Shown here: piece by piece, positions 1 through 8,368 of the stretch
How the letters are laid out: each line of letters opens with the position of its first letter
Position numbering within the stretch: the first letter of the stretch is position 1
UHGV virus genome: UHGV-0206543
Reading direction: 5' to 3' (one strand)
Origin: a virus
Length of the DNA stretch: 37,926 bases
Position numbers and translations under genes: made by a program
Notes under the pieces: model-generated
What the model saw: only the letters and a program-made list of their open reading frames with translations
Database searches by the model: none
Told to the model about the DNA's origin: nothing

Positions 1-519
1 ATTTGGTTTTGGGTATTGGCTGTTATTGTTTTAATAATTATTGGAGGATCGCTTGGTGGTAATGATAAAAAAGCTTCTTCTAACGGTGGAGAAAAAGTTA
101 ATCAATCATCAACAAGCAAAAATTCAAAATCAAAAGATGAAAAAGAAGAAAATAAATTTTATAATATCGGCGATACAGTCAAAGTAGGAAATGCAGAATA
201 TACTCTAACAGGAGTAGAACTTACAGAAGAACGTAATGAATTTACTGAAAAACAACCTGCACAGGTTGTTAAAGTTTCATATATTGTTAAAAACAACGGT
301 GATAAAGATATTCCAGTGGGTATGGATATTGAAGTATACGGCTCTGATAACAAAAAAGCCGAAACGTATCCGAATGACAACACGATGGGATCGGTAGCTT
401 CTGGAAAAGAAATGGACTGTATTGCCCACTTCGGGTTAAATCAACCTGGAGAAATAGAAATTCAATTTAGCCCTATTGTATCATTTGAAAAAGCTGCAAA
501 ATTCAAAGCAACAGTATAA
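1..519 (+). CDS. DUF4352-like membrane-anchored protein, 5' end cut by window start (TM helix IWFWVLAVIVLIIIGGSLGG then secreted beta-rich domain)
   Basis: Reading frame is open from nt 1. It has a TM segment followed by the motif YNIGDTVKVGNAEYTLTGVEL, which is typical of DUF4352. It sits between cI and int, as lysogeny-expressed membrane proteins usually do. Confidence 0.55.
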   Translation: MWFWVLAVIVLIIIGGSLGGNDKKASSNGGEKVNQSSTSKNSKSKDEKEENKFYNIGDTVKVGNAEYTLTGVELTEERNEFTEKQPAQVVKVSYIVKNNGDKDIPVGMDIEVYGSDNKKAETYPNDNTMGSVASGKEMDCIAHFGLNQPGEIEIQFSPIVSFEKAAKFKATV

Positions 520-523
520 AGAT

Positions 524-545
524 TAGCCTTCGGGCTTTTCTTTTC
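524..545 (+). terminator. short intrinsic terminator after DUF4352 gene (AGCC-ttcg-GGCT then T-rich)
   Basis: A 4-bp GC stem with a tetraloop is followed by tttctttt. This call is weak. Confidence 0.35.
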
Positions 546-583
546 AGTCACACAAGAACATACATTCCCCAAGGAGGATCAAT

Positions 584-751
584 ATGAATAAATATGAAGT
601 AGAAAAACGATTATGCGAAGAATTGCACATTGACTATATACACTTAAACCTTCGTACTGGTCCAAGTTATAGGTTCACTGAGGAAGAGTATCAAGAGCTA
701 AAATCCGACTATGCCAAATTATTTTTACAACTAAAAGATATTGGAGAGTAA
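584..751 (+). CDS. small hypothetical protein (55 aa, MNKYEVEKRLCEELHIDY...)
   Basis: A strong RBS AGGAGG is 7 nt upstream of the ATG, and the ORF is intact between the DUF4352 gene and int. Confidence 0.5.
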   Translation: MNKYEVEKRLCEELHIDYIHLNLRTGPSYRFTEEEYQELKSDYAKLFLQLKDIGE

Positions 752-812
752 GATTAGAAATATTTTTAGATAGTATTTCCACAATGAAATTTGAATAAAG
801 GAGTTGCTAGAT

Positions 813-1946
813 ATGGCTTCAATAAAAAAATATACAAAAAAAGATGGATCAACAGCCTATATGTTCAACGCATATTTAGGCGTTGATCCAGTAACGGGTA
901 AAAGCAGACGCACCACACGTCGTGGTTTTAGAACACAGAAAGAAGCAAAGTTGGCATTATCTAGGCTAGAACTTGAAGTGGATTCCAAAGGTTTCGTAAA
1001 ACAGAATTACAGCACGTTTAAAGACGTATACGAGCTTTGGTATGCTCAATATGTAAATACAGTTAAACCTATCACAGCAGGCCATACAGAGCGTATGTTT
1101 AGGCTTCACATCTTGCCAGAGTTTGGCAACATTAAAATTAATAAATTAACAAAACTAATGTGTCAAAAAGCGGTCAATAAATGGAGTAAAGAATATTCAG
1201 CATTTTATCTGCTAAAATCAATAACCCAAAAAATGTTACACTATGCTGTTGCTCAGGATATTATAGATATTAACCCCATGCAATATGTTGTAATGCCAAA
1301 AAAAGATAAAACAAATGAAACAAAAAAGAAACAGTTTTTAGAACTATCCGAACTAAAAGATTTTCTGGCGGAAGCGAAAGAAACACTAAACTTTCAAGAC
1401 TATTTAATATTCCGTGTTTTAGCATTTACAGGAATCAGAAAAGGAGAATTATACGCCTTAACATGGGAAGATATTAACATTTCATACAAACAATTAACCG
1501 TAAATAAAACACTTACAAGAATAGGCAAAGAATACATTATATCGACACCTAAGACAAAAGCTTCTAATAGAACCATAGGCCTTGATGATACCACTGTATC
1601 TGAGTTAATTATCTGGAAAAAACATCAAAAGCAAGAATTGTTAAAATATGGTTTTAAAACTAAAAGTAATGATAAACAGCTTATTTTTCATAGAAAGAAT
1701 AACACTTTACATTATCCAGAACACATTAATTTTCTTTTGTTATCGGAAATGAAAACTTCTCTATCCCCCCACTCATTTAGACATACTCATGCTTCTTTGT
1801 TATTCGAATCGGGAGCTACAATTAAAGATGTGCAGAAAAGACTTGGCCACACTAACGTTAATACCACGATGGATATTTACACTCATGTAACCAAGTCTTC
1901 TGAAAGAAAAGCAATTGATAAGTTATCAAATTATGCTAATTTTTAA
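813..1946 (+). CDS. int: tyrosine site-specific integrase (phage integrase family)
   Basis: The C-terminal catalytic motifs HSFRHTHASLL and LGHTNVNTTMDIYTHV are present. An N-terminal SAM-like arm-binding region is also present. RBS AAGGAG is 11 nt upstream of the ATG at 813, and the 804 TTG start in the ORF track is less likely. Confidence 0.9.
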   Translation: MASIKKYTKKDGSTAYMFNAYLGVDPVTGKSRRTTRRGFRTQKEAKLALSRLELEVDSKGFVKQNYSTFKDVYELWYAQYVNTVKPITAGHTERMFRLHILPEFGNIKINKLTKLMCQKAVNKWSKEYSAFYLLKSITQKMLHYAVAQDIIDINPMQYVVMPKKDKTNETKKKQFLELSELKDFLAEAKETLNFQDYLIFRVLAFTGIRKGELYALTWEDINISYKQLTVNKTLTRIGKEYIISTPKTKASNRTIGLDDTTVSELIIWKKHQKQELLKYGFKTKSNDKQLIFHRKNNTLHYPEHINFLLLSEMKTSLSPHSFRHTHASLLFESGATIKDVQKRLGHTNVNTTMDIYTHVTKSSERKAIDKLSNYANF

Positions 1947-1950
1947 AATA

Positions 1951-2155
1951 TGGTATTCATTTTGGTATTCAATGTTTTTGAAAACCTTATATACCAAGGA
2001 TACTCCCTTATATTAGTATTTTAACAAGAAATAAATCACAAGTACAAGTTACTCACTAAAACACAAATAAACGTTGATACAAAGCCATTTATGTTTTATT
2101 CAACTACAAATATTCCACAACTTTTCACACCATCATGGTATTCAAATGGTAGTCA
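1951..2155 (+). repeat. candidate attP region: two pairs of direct arm-type repeats TGGTAKTCA (1951-1959, 1963-1971, 2136-2144, 2147-2155) flanking about 165 bp
   Basis: Four 9-bp direct repeats sit in the non-coding gap immediately 3' of int. Their spacing resembles integrase arm-site architecture. Confidence 0.4.
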
Positions 2156-2178
2156 AATATTACAGTTTTGTAAAACGA

Positions 2179-2208
2179 TAGACAACACGAACGTACATTC
2201 GGTATAAT
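2179..2208 (+). promoter_or_regulatory. sigma-A type promoter TAGACA-18-TATAAT driving ORF 2232-2480
   Basis: Near-consensus hexamers lie about 25 nt upstream of the RBS TAGGAGG. Confidence 0.45.
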
Positions 2209-2231
2209 AAGATTAATAGGAGGACGATATC

Positions 2232-2480
2232 ATGAAAACTAATTATGTAGGAGTAGTTGAAAAGATTAGGATGTTAAGTATGTACCCAAAAATGCTCGTT
2301 CGATTCTCATTAGTAACACAGGACGAAACTATAAACTGTATCGTCTCTAAACACGAACTGGCAAATATGTTATTAATGCTACCCGAAAAATCTGAATTAG
2401 CTGTCTATGGTCATTTAAATAAACGAAATCAACTTGTCATTGAGAAAATGCTTGTAAGGAAATCTTTGATCAGTGCATAA
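2232..2480 (+). CDS. hypothetical protein (82 aa), moron-like gene with own promoter and terminator between int/attP and the lysis genes
   Basis: RBS AGGAGG is 8 nt upstream. The gene is flanked by the promoter above and a bidirectional terminator below. Confidence 0.5.
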   Translation: MKTNYVGVVEKIRMLSMYPKMLVRFSLVTQDETINCIVSKHELANMLLMLPEKSELAVYGHLNKRNQLVIEKMLVRKSLISA

Positions 2481-2518
2481 AAAATAAGCCTCACTCTCAT
2501 CTGGGAGCGAGGTTTTTT
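2481..2518. terminator. bidirectional intrinsic terminator (A-run, 9-bp GC-rich stem 2489-2512, T-run)
   Basis: The motif aaaaat-GCCTCACTC-loop-GAGCGAGG-tttttt can terminate the plus-strand ORF and also the minus-strand tRNA transcript. Confidence 0.6.
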
Positions 2519-2519
2519 A

Positions 2520-2593
2520 TGGACCATACAGGACTCGAACCTGTGACCGAACGGTTATGAGCCGTTTGCTCTAACCAACTGAGCTAATGGTCC
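2520..2593 (-). tRNA. tRNA with CAT anticodon (elongator Met or lysidine-type Ile2), 74 nt, discriminator A, no encoded CCA
   Basis: Reverse complement is GGACCATTAGCTCAGTTGGTTAGAGCAAACGGCTCATAACCGTTCGGTCACAGGTTCGAGTCCTGTATGGTCCA, which folds into a full cloverleaf with 7-bp acceptor and T-loop TTCGAGT. The G1-C72 pair argues against an initiator tRNA. Confidence 0.85.
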
Positions 2594-2594
2594 T

Positions 2595-2622
2595 AAAAAG
2601 AGCCACCTTAGAAAGGCGACTC
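2595..2622 (-). terminator. intrinsic terminator after endolysin (8-bp stem with two G-U pairs, then UUUUUA) abutting the tRNA 5' end
   Basis: The minus-strand RNA reads GAGUCGCC-UUUCUAA-GGUGGCUC-UUUUUA. Confidence 0.45.
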
Positions 2623-2681
2623 GAAAGAAATTTAATAAGTGTGTTATTATTTTACACTACCTATAAATATTTTACTATACT

Positions 2682-3515
2682 TTATTTCACGACTGGAAAC
2701 ATAGCTTCTAAGCGATTGTACCAAGGAGCGTTTTTGTTCCATTTATCTTGTCCGTAGAAAGGAATATCTTTTCCATTGTTTCTCTTGTATAGGTCCTCAA
2801 TGACTTTCATTTCATCTGGATGAGACACACGTCTTGTATTCACTCCGTTACAAAACATTACCGTCCAAGCATCTCCATTCCATTCTAGTTTACCTGTTTT
2901 TGAATTAATTGGTCTTTCGTATAAACATTGCATAGTCGTTTCTCCACCTTTTATATTATTTTGATTGTTATTACTTGAATTGTCATTGCCTTCGTTTGGA
3001 TTGCCCATATATTTTTTTATTTGGCTAATAAAATAGTCTTTCACGGCATTTGTTTCTTTTCCATGCAATTCCCACGAACGGTGAGGACATGCCGTAGGAA
3101 CAAATTCTTTGTGTAATCTTACAGTATCTCTATTGGGATGCATTCCCCAAAACTTCATATCTTCAGCAACTTGTTTAAATGTCATTTGTTCATTAGCTAA
3201 AAAATCGGCATCGCTAGCACCCATTGATTGACATACTTCATAGCCAACATAGTTCAAATTCCCATCTGGATTCGCTGTGTGCCATGCTGCATTGAATGTA
3301 TCTTCTACACGTGCAATTGTATTTCGATCAATATAATAATGAGCAAAGCCATTCGCCAGTTGTGTAGGAGACATTACAGCCAAGGCATTGACATATTGTG
3401 CAGCTGTAGCATAAATACTTCCGGCATCATTATGAATGACAACACCTTTTGGCGTCGCATTGGGACGTCTCCCGGCAATCCCACCGCAAACAGATTGATT
3501 AATCACTTGCACCAT
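2682..3515 (-). CDS. endolysin, N-acetylmuramoyl-L-alanine amidase (Amidase_2/PGRP-like) with C-terminal cell-wall-binding region
   Basis: Zn-amidase motifs VIHNDAG and TACPHRS are present. The likely start is ATG at 3515 with RBS AAGGTGG, and the ORF-track start at 3545 overlaps the holin gene. Confidence 0.85.
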   Translation of the reverse strand: MVQVINQSVCGGIAGRRPNATPKGVVIHNDAGSIYATAAQYVNALAVMSPTQLANGFAHYYIDRNTIARVEDTFNAAWHTANPDGNLNYVGYEVCQSMGASDADFLANEQMTFKQVAEDMKFWGMHPNRDTVRLHKEFVPTACPHRSWELHGKETNAVKDYFISQIKKYMGNPNEGNDNSSNNNQNNIKGGETTMQCLYERPINSKTGKLEWNGDAWTVMFCNGVNTRRVSHPDEMKVIEDLYKRNNGKDIPFYGQDKWNKNAPWYNRLEAMFPVVK

Positions 3516-3903
3516 CTTTAGGTTCACCACCTTTATCATTTTCATCTTTTAATTTACTTAAATGCTCCTTAACCCATGAAGGAAAGGGAACGCCTAACTG
3601 CCCTAAGTTTTCAATAATGGAAATGCCATACACTGCTATATAAAATAAGACAAATCCAGTAGCGATTGATTCTAGACCCATGATTTTCAAGTATGGATAA
3701 GCAACGCTTATTAAGCAGACCACTAATAAATGTTTTACTAATCCTAGCAATCCTTTTGTGCTATTTCCTTCCTTAATGAAAATACCTTTACATAATCCTG
3801 TTAAGATATCCCCTAACACAATCCAGACAAAAACCTGAATAAAACCGTTAGAAATCATATTCTTGAATTCTAGTATCAACGCTTGATTATCAATAATCAC
3901 CAT
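3499..3903 (-). CDS. holin (three predicted TM helices)
   Basis: Hydrophobic segments IQVFVWIVLGDILTGL, LLGLVKHLLVVCLISVAY and IATGFVLFYIAVYGISII are followed by a charged C-terminus. Strong RBS GGAAGGTGGA lies before ATG 3903. The gene sits immediately upstream of the lysin. Confidence 0.7.
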   Translation of the reverse strand: MVIIDNQALILEFKNMISNGFIQVFVWIVLGDILTGLCKGIFIKEGNSTKGLLGLVKHLLVVCLISVAYPYLKIMGLESIATGFVLFYIAVYGISIIENLGQLGVPFPSWVKEHLSKLKDENDKGGEPKDGASD

Positions 3904-3972
3904 ATTTTCCACCTTCCAATAATAAAAACCGCTTAGCTTTTTGCTAAACGGCTTCATTTTAAAATTCAATCT

Positions 3973-5412
3973 CTATACTAATTCTGTAATATGCATAGAA
4001 GAAAGTTGCGTATAATCAAGTTGCTTATCTGCTGCTAATTCTAAACGAAACGCAAGATACTCACCTTTTTTTAGTGTAACATTTAAATCAAAGGCTGCGA
4101 CATTTTGATAATTCAAACCGCCAACAGCCCCGACTGCTGATCCAATACCTAAGTCTCCTACACCTTCATCAAGACCTTTGTCTATATGAGTATAAGCATA
4201 TAGAACCCCTTTTGAGCTCCCAACTTGATATTTAACGGTTCCTTGTATATTTAATTTACAATCTCTCAAAACAGTAGCTTGCCACCTACCGCTATTCCAT
4301 TGCAATGGATCGCTTTTCATCGGTAATCCAAGTCGCTGTCCTACGTTGCTAAATTCTGGTCCTAAGTTGTATCTTGACTTATTTTTGAATCCAGGATGAT
4401 TAGTTCCTGATGAATACCAAGCTTCGAAAGGTTGCTCTTTTTCAAAAGCTACTTTTTTCCAATCCGTCCAAGATGAGGGCACACCACCAAATTGACGAAT
4501 AACAATTGTTCGTTCCGTTTGAAATAATTGTCTGACTCCCCCTGGGTCTTTACTAACGAACAAACTTCCAGAGTTCGGTAGCGGCTTGTTTTCAACTCCT
4601 GTAGCCGGAATTGAGTATATGCCAGGTTCTTTAGCGTCATTTAAATCCGATAATTTAGCTTTTTTTAAAACAAATAACCCATTTTCTGCTGACTTTTGAG
4701 GGATGAATTTCTCATCTGATTCTGCCCGTGTATAAAAGTCTGCTGCTCTCAATTCTTCTAGGGCGGCATTCATAGCATCAGTAACTGTTTTTCCAATTGT
4801 TGTAATCTTGGTTTCGCTATCTGTAGCCACCTTTGATATACGACCTTCTGCATCGCTGACTGTTTTATCAATTTTCGCTTGTAATGCATTCATTTCTTTT
4901 TTAATTGATTCAATACGAGCAACTACCGCATCATAATCAGTATCTATTTTTTTTAAAGCTGCTTGATAGGCCTCGTTTAACGCTGTTACCAATTTGTTGT
5001 ATTCTGTGATAATCGTTTCTGCTTCCTCTGCGTTAATGTCAGCATTTCCTTTAACAATAATTTTAAAGTCTCCGGTAGTATCTCTTTTCCCATCTTTTTG
5101 AAACGAGAAATAAGCCCTCTTGTATGTCCCTTCTACGCTAAAAGCTGCACTAGGAAACGTGTATTCAAATGTTCCTTTTTGCAATCCAGCGTTATTGGAA
5201 GAAACGTTTTCAGAATCAAAAACTTTCACTTTTCCGCCTGCGGGTTCTCCCTCAAAGGTAATAATTCCACCCGATAAATCTGGTATCTCATCTCGCCGAG
5301 AAATTTTCACAGTAATTGTTTGCATTTTTTCGTCGCCAACACGACCATAAATAATTGGTGGCATTATTGGATCCTTTGAAAAATCGAGATTTAATATCTT
5401 ATTCGCCATCAA
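3973..5412 (-). CDS. tail fiber / receptor-binding protein with BppU-like N-terminal domain and coiled-coil stalk
   Basis: It sits between Tal and the holin. The N-terminus resembles the baseplate upper protein N-domain, and a long coiled coil follows at aa 120-230. Confidence 0.55.
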   Translation of the reverse strand: MMANKILNLDFSKDPIMPPIIYGRVGDEKMQTITVKISRRDEIPDLSGGIITFEGEPAGGKVKVFDSENVSSNNAGLQKGTFEYTFPSAAFSVEGTYKRAYFSFQKDGKRDTTGDFKIIVKGNADINAEEAETIITEYNKLVTALNEAYQAALKKIDTDYDAVVARIESIKKEMNALQAKIDKTVSDAEGRISKVATDSETKITTIGKTVTDAMNAALEELRAADFYTRAESDEKFIPQKSAENGLFVLKKAKLSDLNDAKEPGIYSIPATGVENKPLPNSGSLFVSKDPGGVRQLFQTERTIVIRQFGGVPSSWTDWKKVAFEKEQPFEAWYSSGTNHPGFKNKSRYNLGPEFSNVGQRLGLPMKSDPLQWNSGRWQATVLRDCKLNIQGTVKYQVGSSKGVLYAYTHIDKGLDEGVGDLGIGSAVGAVGGLNYQNVAAFDLNVTLKKGEYLAFRLELAADKQLDYTQLSSMHITELV

Positions 5413-7610
5413 ATCACCCCTCTATGATATTTTCTTTTATTCCTGTTCTTTCGATTAACCTTGCCCTCTAAATGCTCTATCCGTTCAATCAGCTGTTTAT
5501 TTGTCAAACTGTTCAACATTATCTGTTTATTCATATCTAACCCTAAATAATGATCTTCGGTGTCCTGTGCGCAAAGGAAAGGGGAATACTGAGCGATTAA
5601 ACCTAGCTCTCGTTTTGCTGATGGCTGCTTTTGTTTATTTCTCGTTTGATAATTTTGTTTTCTGTTAAACTCAACAAAGTTTAGTTTCTTTGTTTCTTCA
5701 ATGCCATCTATCGCAGTATTTTCAATGTTTTCTTTCAAACGTATATCTGATTGATTAATGATTGAATACCCGTTCATGTTTAAACTAGAGTAAAAATTTA
5801 CAGGCGCATTATTAGGAACCTTTAACCCAGTAATAAATATATTTCGTAGTGCCTTATCGTTTCCGTTAACATCCGTTTCAAATATTGTATTGAATAAACT
5901 TACATGTCCATTATTTCCATTTACACGGATAGAACCTACATGGGCATCCGAAGAACTATCATAACGACCTAGCCATAAATCTGTTCCTGGATAAGCTGAA
6001 ATATTCAAATATTCACGACCTGTTGGAATGTACAGTGTTCTGTATAATCCACCTAGAGTATTTATCCCGTTTGATTTATACAAACGGAAAGCTCCACCTG
6101 TCATCTCAGAAAAAAGTTTTCCATTCCAAAGATTCTTTATTGTTCCACTACTCATAGTTATTTGACTAGCACCGCTTTCTGATGTAATGGTACTACCTGT
6201 AATAGCTACCCCTATTATATTAATAGCTCTCAATGTTCCCGTGGTCATTCGATCTGCAACAATCGCTCCGTTATTCGTCATAGCTAAACCGTAGGTACCG
6301 TTATAGCCTGTAGAACTAAATCCCAGACCACCAACATTCCACCGCCAAACTTTCCTAGCCGTATTTACATCAGTTGTATCCATAATTAATAATTCTTGCG
6401 GGTCTGCTATGGATGGATAAATAACCACATGACCTTTTCCAGGGTTTTTGATGATATCAGAAGCTTCTTTTTGAGCTTGTTCAAGCCAACCAAGTTTGTC
6501 TTTTATATCTTCAGTATCCGTTTTTGAGTCTTCAATTACTTTGGCAAAGTCGGTTCTTGCTTCACCTAATTCGATTGACTCGTATCGATCTAAAGCAATA
6601 TTCCACACCGTTTTAACAATTTGCGCGGTTGTATTGATGTTTAATTGATTAAATGCCACCGTTACCCAATCACACAGATCGACTATTTCCAAGTTTTTAA
6701 GCTGTTCTTTTGAAACAGAACTTGCTAAGTCAACGTAACTAGCTTTTATACTTACCCGAGGGATACCTACATTGTTAGACTTGATAAACGATTGCACCAT
6801 GCCACGCAAAGCCGCTACGTCTTTTGGCTCTTTGTCACTAAAATCGACCATCTGTATTCTACGTTCCGTGTAATTACCGACATAGTCACTATCTATATAC
6901 ACTTCTGGTAAAGTGATTATTTTTTCATCATCGCCATTACCAATTTTTGCCCAACCATATATTGAAGTATACGTATTTTCAATGGATTCCTCTTGATTAA
7001 TATCTGTTAAATTTTTACCGTAGGCAATGACTACATTCGTATCGGTACCGGCTTTTGCTAACAAGCGAACTTGATTATTATTAAAAAGATATTCCCCACC
7101 GAAATTATCTAAAATTGAACCAGCGACACCGCCTAAAACTTCTTGCGCATTTTTATATTTTGCGGGGTCTGTAAAATCAATTGAAGAGGTAGTCCTCACA
7201 TCACTGTAAAAAGTAAAATCACTTTTAGGCTCCATCTGACTTCTTAATTGATTCAATGCTGTTTGTGCCGAAATATTAGAGTATTTGGAACCAATTTTTA
7301 CCATTGTGCGCAACAATTTATAGCGATAATGCTCACAGTAAACAGTGACAATCCCTTTGATTGGTTTTGTAATTTGTGCAATTTCAAACCGCTGACTTTT
7401 TGCGACTAATGTCGGTCCTGCATCTGCAACGACCCATCTTCCTACTTTAAGCTCGTGAAATAGTTTCCCTACCACTGGATACTGGAATGTCATATCATAA
7501 ATACCATTACGTTCCCTTGTAGAAAGAGGATTTATTGCATCTTGTAAAGGACCTATGCCTAGGGAGTTCCAATTGTTATTTTTCTTATCATGTAAAATAA
7601 TCGTGCTCAT
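5409..7610 (-). CDS. tail-associated lysin / prophage-tail endopeptidase (Tal) with C-terminal S74-type intramolecular chaperone domain
   Basis: The N-terminus matches the Prophage_tail family. The C-terminus carries the SDIRLKENIEN autoproteolysis motif. The start ATG at 7610 overlaps the Dit stop (ATGA) and has RBS TGGAGGA. Confidence 0.8.
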   Translation of the reverse strand: MSTIILHDKKNNNWNSLGIGPLQDAINPLSTRERNGIYDMTFQYPVVGKLFHELKVGRWVVADAGPTLVAKSQRFEIAQITKPIKGIVTVYCEHYRYKLLRTMVKIGSKYSNISAQTALNQLRSQMEPKSDFTFYSDVRTTSSIDFTDPAKYKNAQEVLGGVAGSILDNFGGEYLFNNNQVRLLAKAGTDTNVVIAYGKNLTDINQEESIENTYTSIYGWAKIGNGDDEKIITLPEVYIDSDYVGNYTERRIQMVDFSDKEPKDVAALRGMVQSFIKSNNVGIPRVSIKASYVDLASSVSKEQLKNLEIVDLCDWVTVAFNQLNINTTAQIVKTVWNIALDRYESIELGEARTDFAKVIEDSKTDTEDIKDKLGWLEQAQKEASDIIKNPGKGHVVIYPSIADPQELLIMDTTDVNTARKVWRWNVGGLGFSSTGYNGTYGLAMTNNGAIVADRMTTGTLRAINIIGVAITGSTITSESGASQITMSSGTIKNLWNGKLFSEMTGGAFRLYKSNGINTLGGLYRTLYIPTGREYLNISAYPGTDLWLGRYDSSSDAHVGSIRVNGNNGHVSLFNTIFETDVNGNDKALRNIFITGLKVPNNAPVNFYSSLNMNGYSIINQSDIRLKENIENTAIDGIEETKKLNFVEFNRKQNYQTRNKQKQPSAKRELGLIAQYSPFLCAQDTEDHYLGLDMNKQIMLNSLTNKQLIERIEHLEGKVNRKNRNKRKYHRGVI

Positions 7611-8368
7611 ACGGCTAAAGTCCTCCATTTTGGCTTAATTTTAAAATCAGTGATATAGGTATAATTGATAATGCTTTCGCCTGGGGGCAGAGTGATTGGG
7701 TTATAACCATCTGTATTTAAAAAGCAATATTTTGTGATATTAACGCCACCATCTTTATAAGCAATGCCTTCTTCGCAATCTAGCGTAATTTTTCCTGTTC
7801 CAGCTTCTTTTGCAATCCTGAATTGTTGGCCATTAATATAAATATTACTATCTTGTGTACTATTAGTTTTATTGAAAGTTATAATTGGCAGACTAGAAAA
7901 AGCTTCTGGATTCCTAATGCCACCTCCACTTTTTATATCTCTTTCATCATCACCATCAAGACGAAAAACGAACGGTTGGCACTTAAAAACAAAATTAACA
8001 TCTAACCAACTTCTTGTTTTGTCTGCTGCATCTACTTTGCTGTAGCCTAGCGCTTTATAATAGTACTCGCTGTATTCACTAAAAATAAGTGGGGCATAAT
8101 CTTTCGATAAATAAAGCCACGCAGCTATATCCCTTAACTGCGCAGCAATGGTTGTATCTGCTTGTTTATACAATCGTACTGGAAAGACCTTCTCAATGTC
8201 TTTATATTTTCCTTTATCATAAATGACATCAGAGCTCCTTCCATCTACCTCTGTAAACTGCAAAGCGGCTTCCGGAATAGTAAACGTCATTTCGTTTCTT
8301 ATCCGCATAGCGAATTCATTCGATTTTTTTCCTCTAAATTGAAAATATGGATAATTCGTTAAATCCAT
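7607..8368 (-). CDS. distal tail protein (Dit, Sipho_tail family)
   Basis: It lies between TMP and Tal, is 253 aa, and its start overlaps the TMP stop (TAATG). Confidence 0.7.
   Translation of the reverse strand: MDLTNYPYFQFRGKKSNEFAMRIRNEMTFTIPEAALQFTEVDGRSSDVIYDKGKYKDIEKVFPVRLYKQADTTIAAQLRDIAAWLYLSKDYAPLIFSEYSEYYYKALGYSKVDAADKTRSWLDVNFVFKCQPFVFRLDGDDERDIKSGGGIRNPEAFSSLPIITFNKTNSTQDSNIYINGQQFRIAKEAGTGKITLDCEEGIAYKDGGVNITKYCFLNTDGYNPITLPPGESIINYTYITDFKIKPKWRTLAV

Noticed and set aside
2520-2593. tRNA (CAT) as the integration target with prophage boundary at its 3' end
   Set aside because: This is not the preferred call. The tRNA is complete and phage DNA (lysis cassette) abuts its 5' side. 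The arm-type repeats cluster beside int at 1951-2155 instead. It cannot be excluded without host comparison, so it is kept as an alternative in the findings.
3228-3521. Plus-strand 97-aa ORF inside the endolysin gene (and similar short antisense ORFs throughout, e.g. 27909-28256, 15856-16293)
   Set aside because: They are fully embedded antisense to strong coding regions, lack an RBS and give Cys/Ile-rich nonsense translations.
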